Positions 23,646 through 24,690 of a stretch of 24,690 bases of DNA are shown here, in pieces; within the stretch, counting starts at the first letter, position 1; every line of letters starts with the position of its first letter. Origin of the DNA: a virus (lineage: Duplodnaviria > Caudoviricetes); the IMG/VR virus record IMGVR_UViG_3300036987_000401, positions 1 through 24,690 of that record. The stretch is one strand, 5' to 3'. Position numbers and translations under genes: made by a program. The notes below the pieces were generated by a model that was not told the origin of the DNA, did not search any database, and worked only from the letters and a program-made list of their open reading frames with translations.

Positions 23646-24689
23646 ATGCTAAGGTTAGACATTTTAAATATGCTTAAAGCAAGTATTGATCTTCGAAAAG
23701 ACAATTGTCTAGTTGCCTTTGAAAGGATGTTAAAAAAAACTGAGAAAAGCAACAAAGACATTATAGAAAGGCTTAGACACGCATTTTCCGAATTAATTTC
23801 CGAGCAATTATTAAAAAATGGGCTTGTTCCGAGATTAGATCATTCTATTTCCTACATTAATTTTAATAGGGAGAAAAATCTAATTTCAAACAACTTGGAT
23901 GGGGACATGCCAGCTCCACCAGACCACTACCCAGATTGCAGGGATTCAAAATTCTGCCAAAGATATGGTTTTAATTCCTATAGTGTTTCGGCCATTAACT
24001 ATCGTTTTCATCCATTTTGCATTCTGCCATCTCTTTTCCCATTAACCTTTATAGAAGGGTTTTCAATTGGCAATATCATTGTTTCGTATGAAGGATCTGA
24101 TGTTGAAATTGTTATTAAACGAGATGACTTTTTTCATTGTGTTTCCTATTCCTACTCAGCAAATCCAAGAAAGCACTTTGGGTTTATTGCGCTGTATGGA
24201 ATTTGGTTTAACAAAGGTATTTTATCGGAATTTCTTGGCTTGAATTTTCAGAAATGCGATCATCCAAAGAATTTTTGTTCGGAAGTGCAACTTGGAATAG
24301 TCAATTTTCCAGTAATGAATCTGTGTGGGTTGTGCGGAAAAATTGTTCTTTGCAATTGTTTTAAGGGGTATGTAGATGCTGAAGAGATCATTCGATATTT
24401 GCCTTGGGGAGGTAGCAACGAAACGCTTAATCGTTTAATTAAGGAACACATTTATTCTGATGGCTTGTGTGCTCTTTGTAAAAACAGCGTGCCTCCTTTC
24501 ATTTATGGTAATGCAATGTATTTCAACACCTTTCAGCAGAGATATTTGCCTTACTACGAATTGATGCAAAGAAAATTCCGAAAATCAAATCCTTCAGTAA
24601 TTCTCCAGGGGAAAATTTTAAGGGATATTGAAAACGAAACAAGGCAGTTATTTGGGTTCCCCAAAATAGGTGAAAAATGGCTTTCTGAG
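23646..24689 (+). CDS. AT-rich Cys-rich protein, partial (>=348 aa), probably with a downstream endonuclease-like domain; not in ORF track
   Basis: Open from ATG 23646 (or 23670) to the window end; CDH, CGLCG...CNC and CALC clusters; ends ENETRQLFGFPKIGEKWLSE. Confidence 0.8.
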   Translation, partial: MLRLDILNMLKASIDLRKDNCLVAFERMLKKTEKSNKDIIERLRHAFSELISEQLLKNGLVPRLDHSISYINFNREKNLISNNLDGDMPAPPDHYPDCRDSKFCQRYGFNSYSVSAINYRFHPFCILPSLFPLTFIEGFSIGNIIVSYEGSDVEIVIKRDDFFHCVSYSYSANPRKHFGFIALYGIWFNKGILSEFLGLNFQKCDHPKNFCSEVQLGIVNFPVMNLCGLCGKIVLCNCFKGYVDAEEIIRYLPWGGSNETLNRLIKEHIYSDGLCALCKNSVPPFIYGNAMYFNTFQQRYLPYYELMQRKFRKSNPSVILQGKILRDIENETRQLFGFPKIGEKWLSE

Positions 24690-24690
24690 C

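Noticed and set aside
1-24690. CRISPR array, rRNA, integrase/invertase, reverse transcriptase or recoded stop codons
   Set aside because: No repeat-spacer array or such motifs seen; genes translate intact with the standard code

Overview
Most of a Mu-like transposable prophage. From right to left it has an XRE repressor (+) divergent from ner, a MuA DDE transposase, a MuB AAA+ ATPase, and a long minus-strand early/accessory operon (GemA, Gam-like, ParB-like, Mor, ASCH/DUF3850, adenine MTase, DUF4031). Next is a plus-strand packaging module (terS, terL, portal, MuF, gpG) inverted relative to the rest. Last is a minus-strand late operon (protease/scaffold, decoration, lambda-E-type capsid, gp36, endolysin, holin, gp37-like, tail tube running off the left edge). 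An AT-rich, Cys-rich ORF missed by the ORF track runs off the right edge. The most striking observation is that the MuF head protein carries a probable C-terminal BECR-type ribonuclease domain, followed by a ~90-nt four-way-junction, tRNA-shaped element with its own antisense sigma70 promoter: a candidate RNA antitoxin or tRNA mimic. Three copies of a 24-bp palindrome bracket the inverted packaging module. Protein family calls come from motif recognition and synteny, not database searches. No prophage end is visible.
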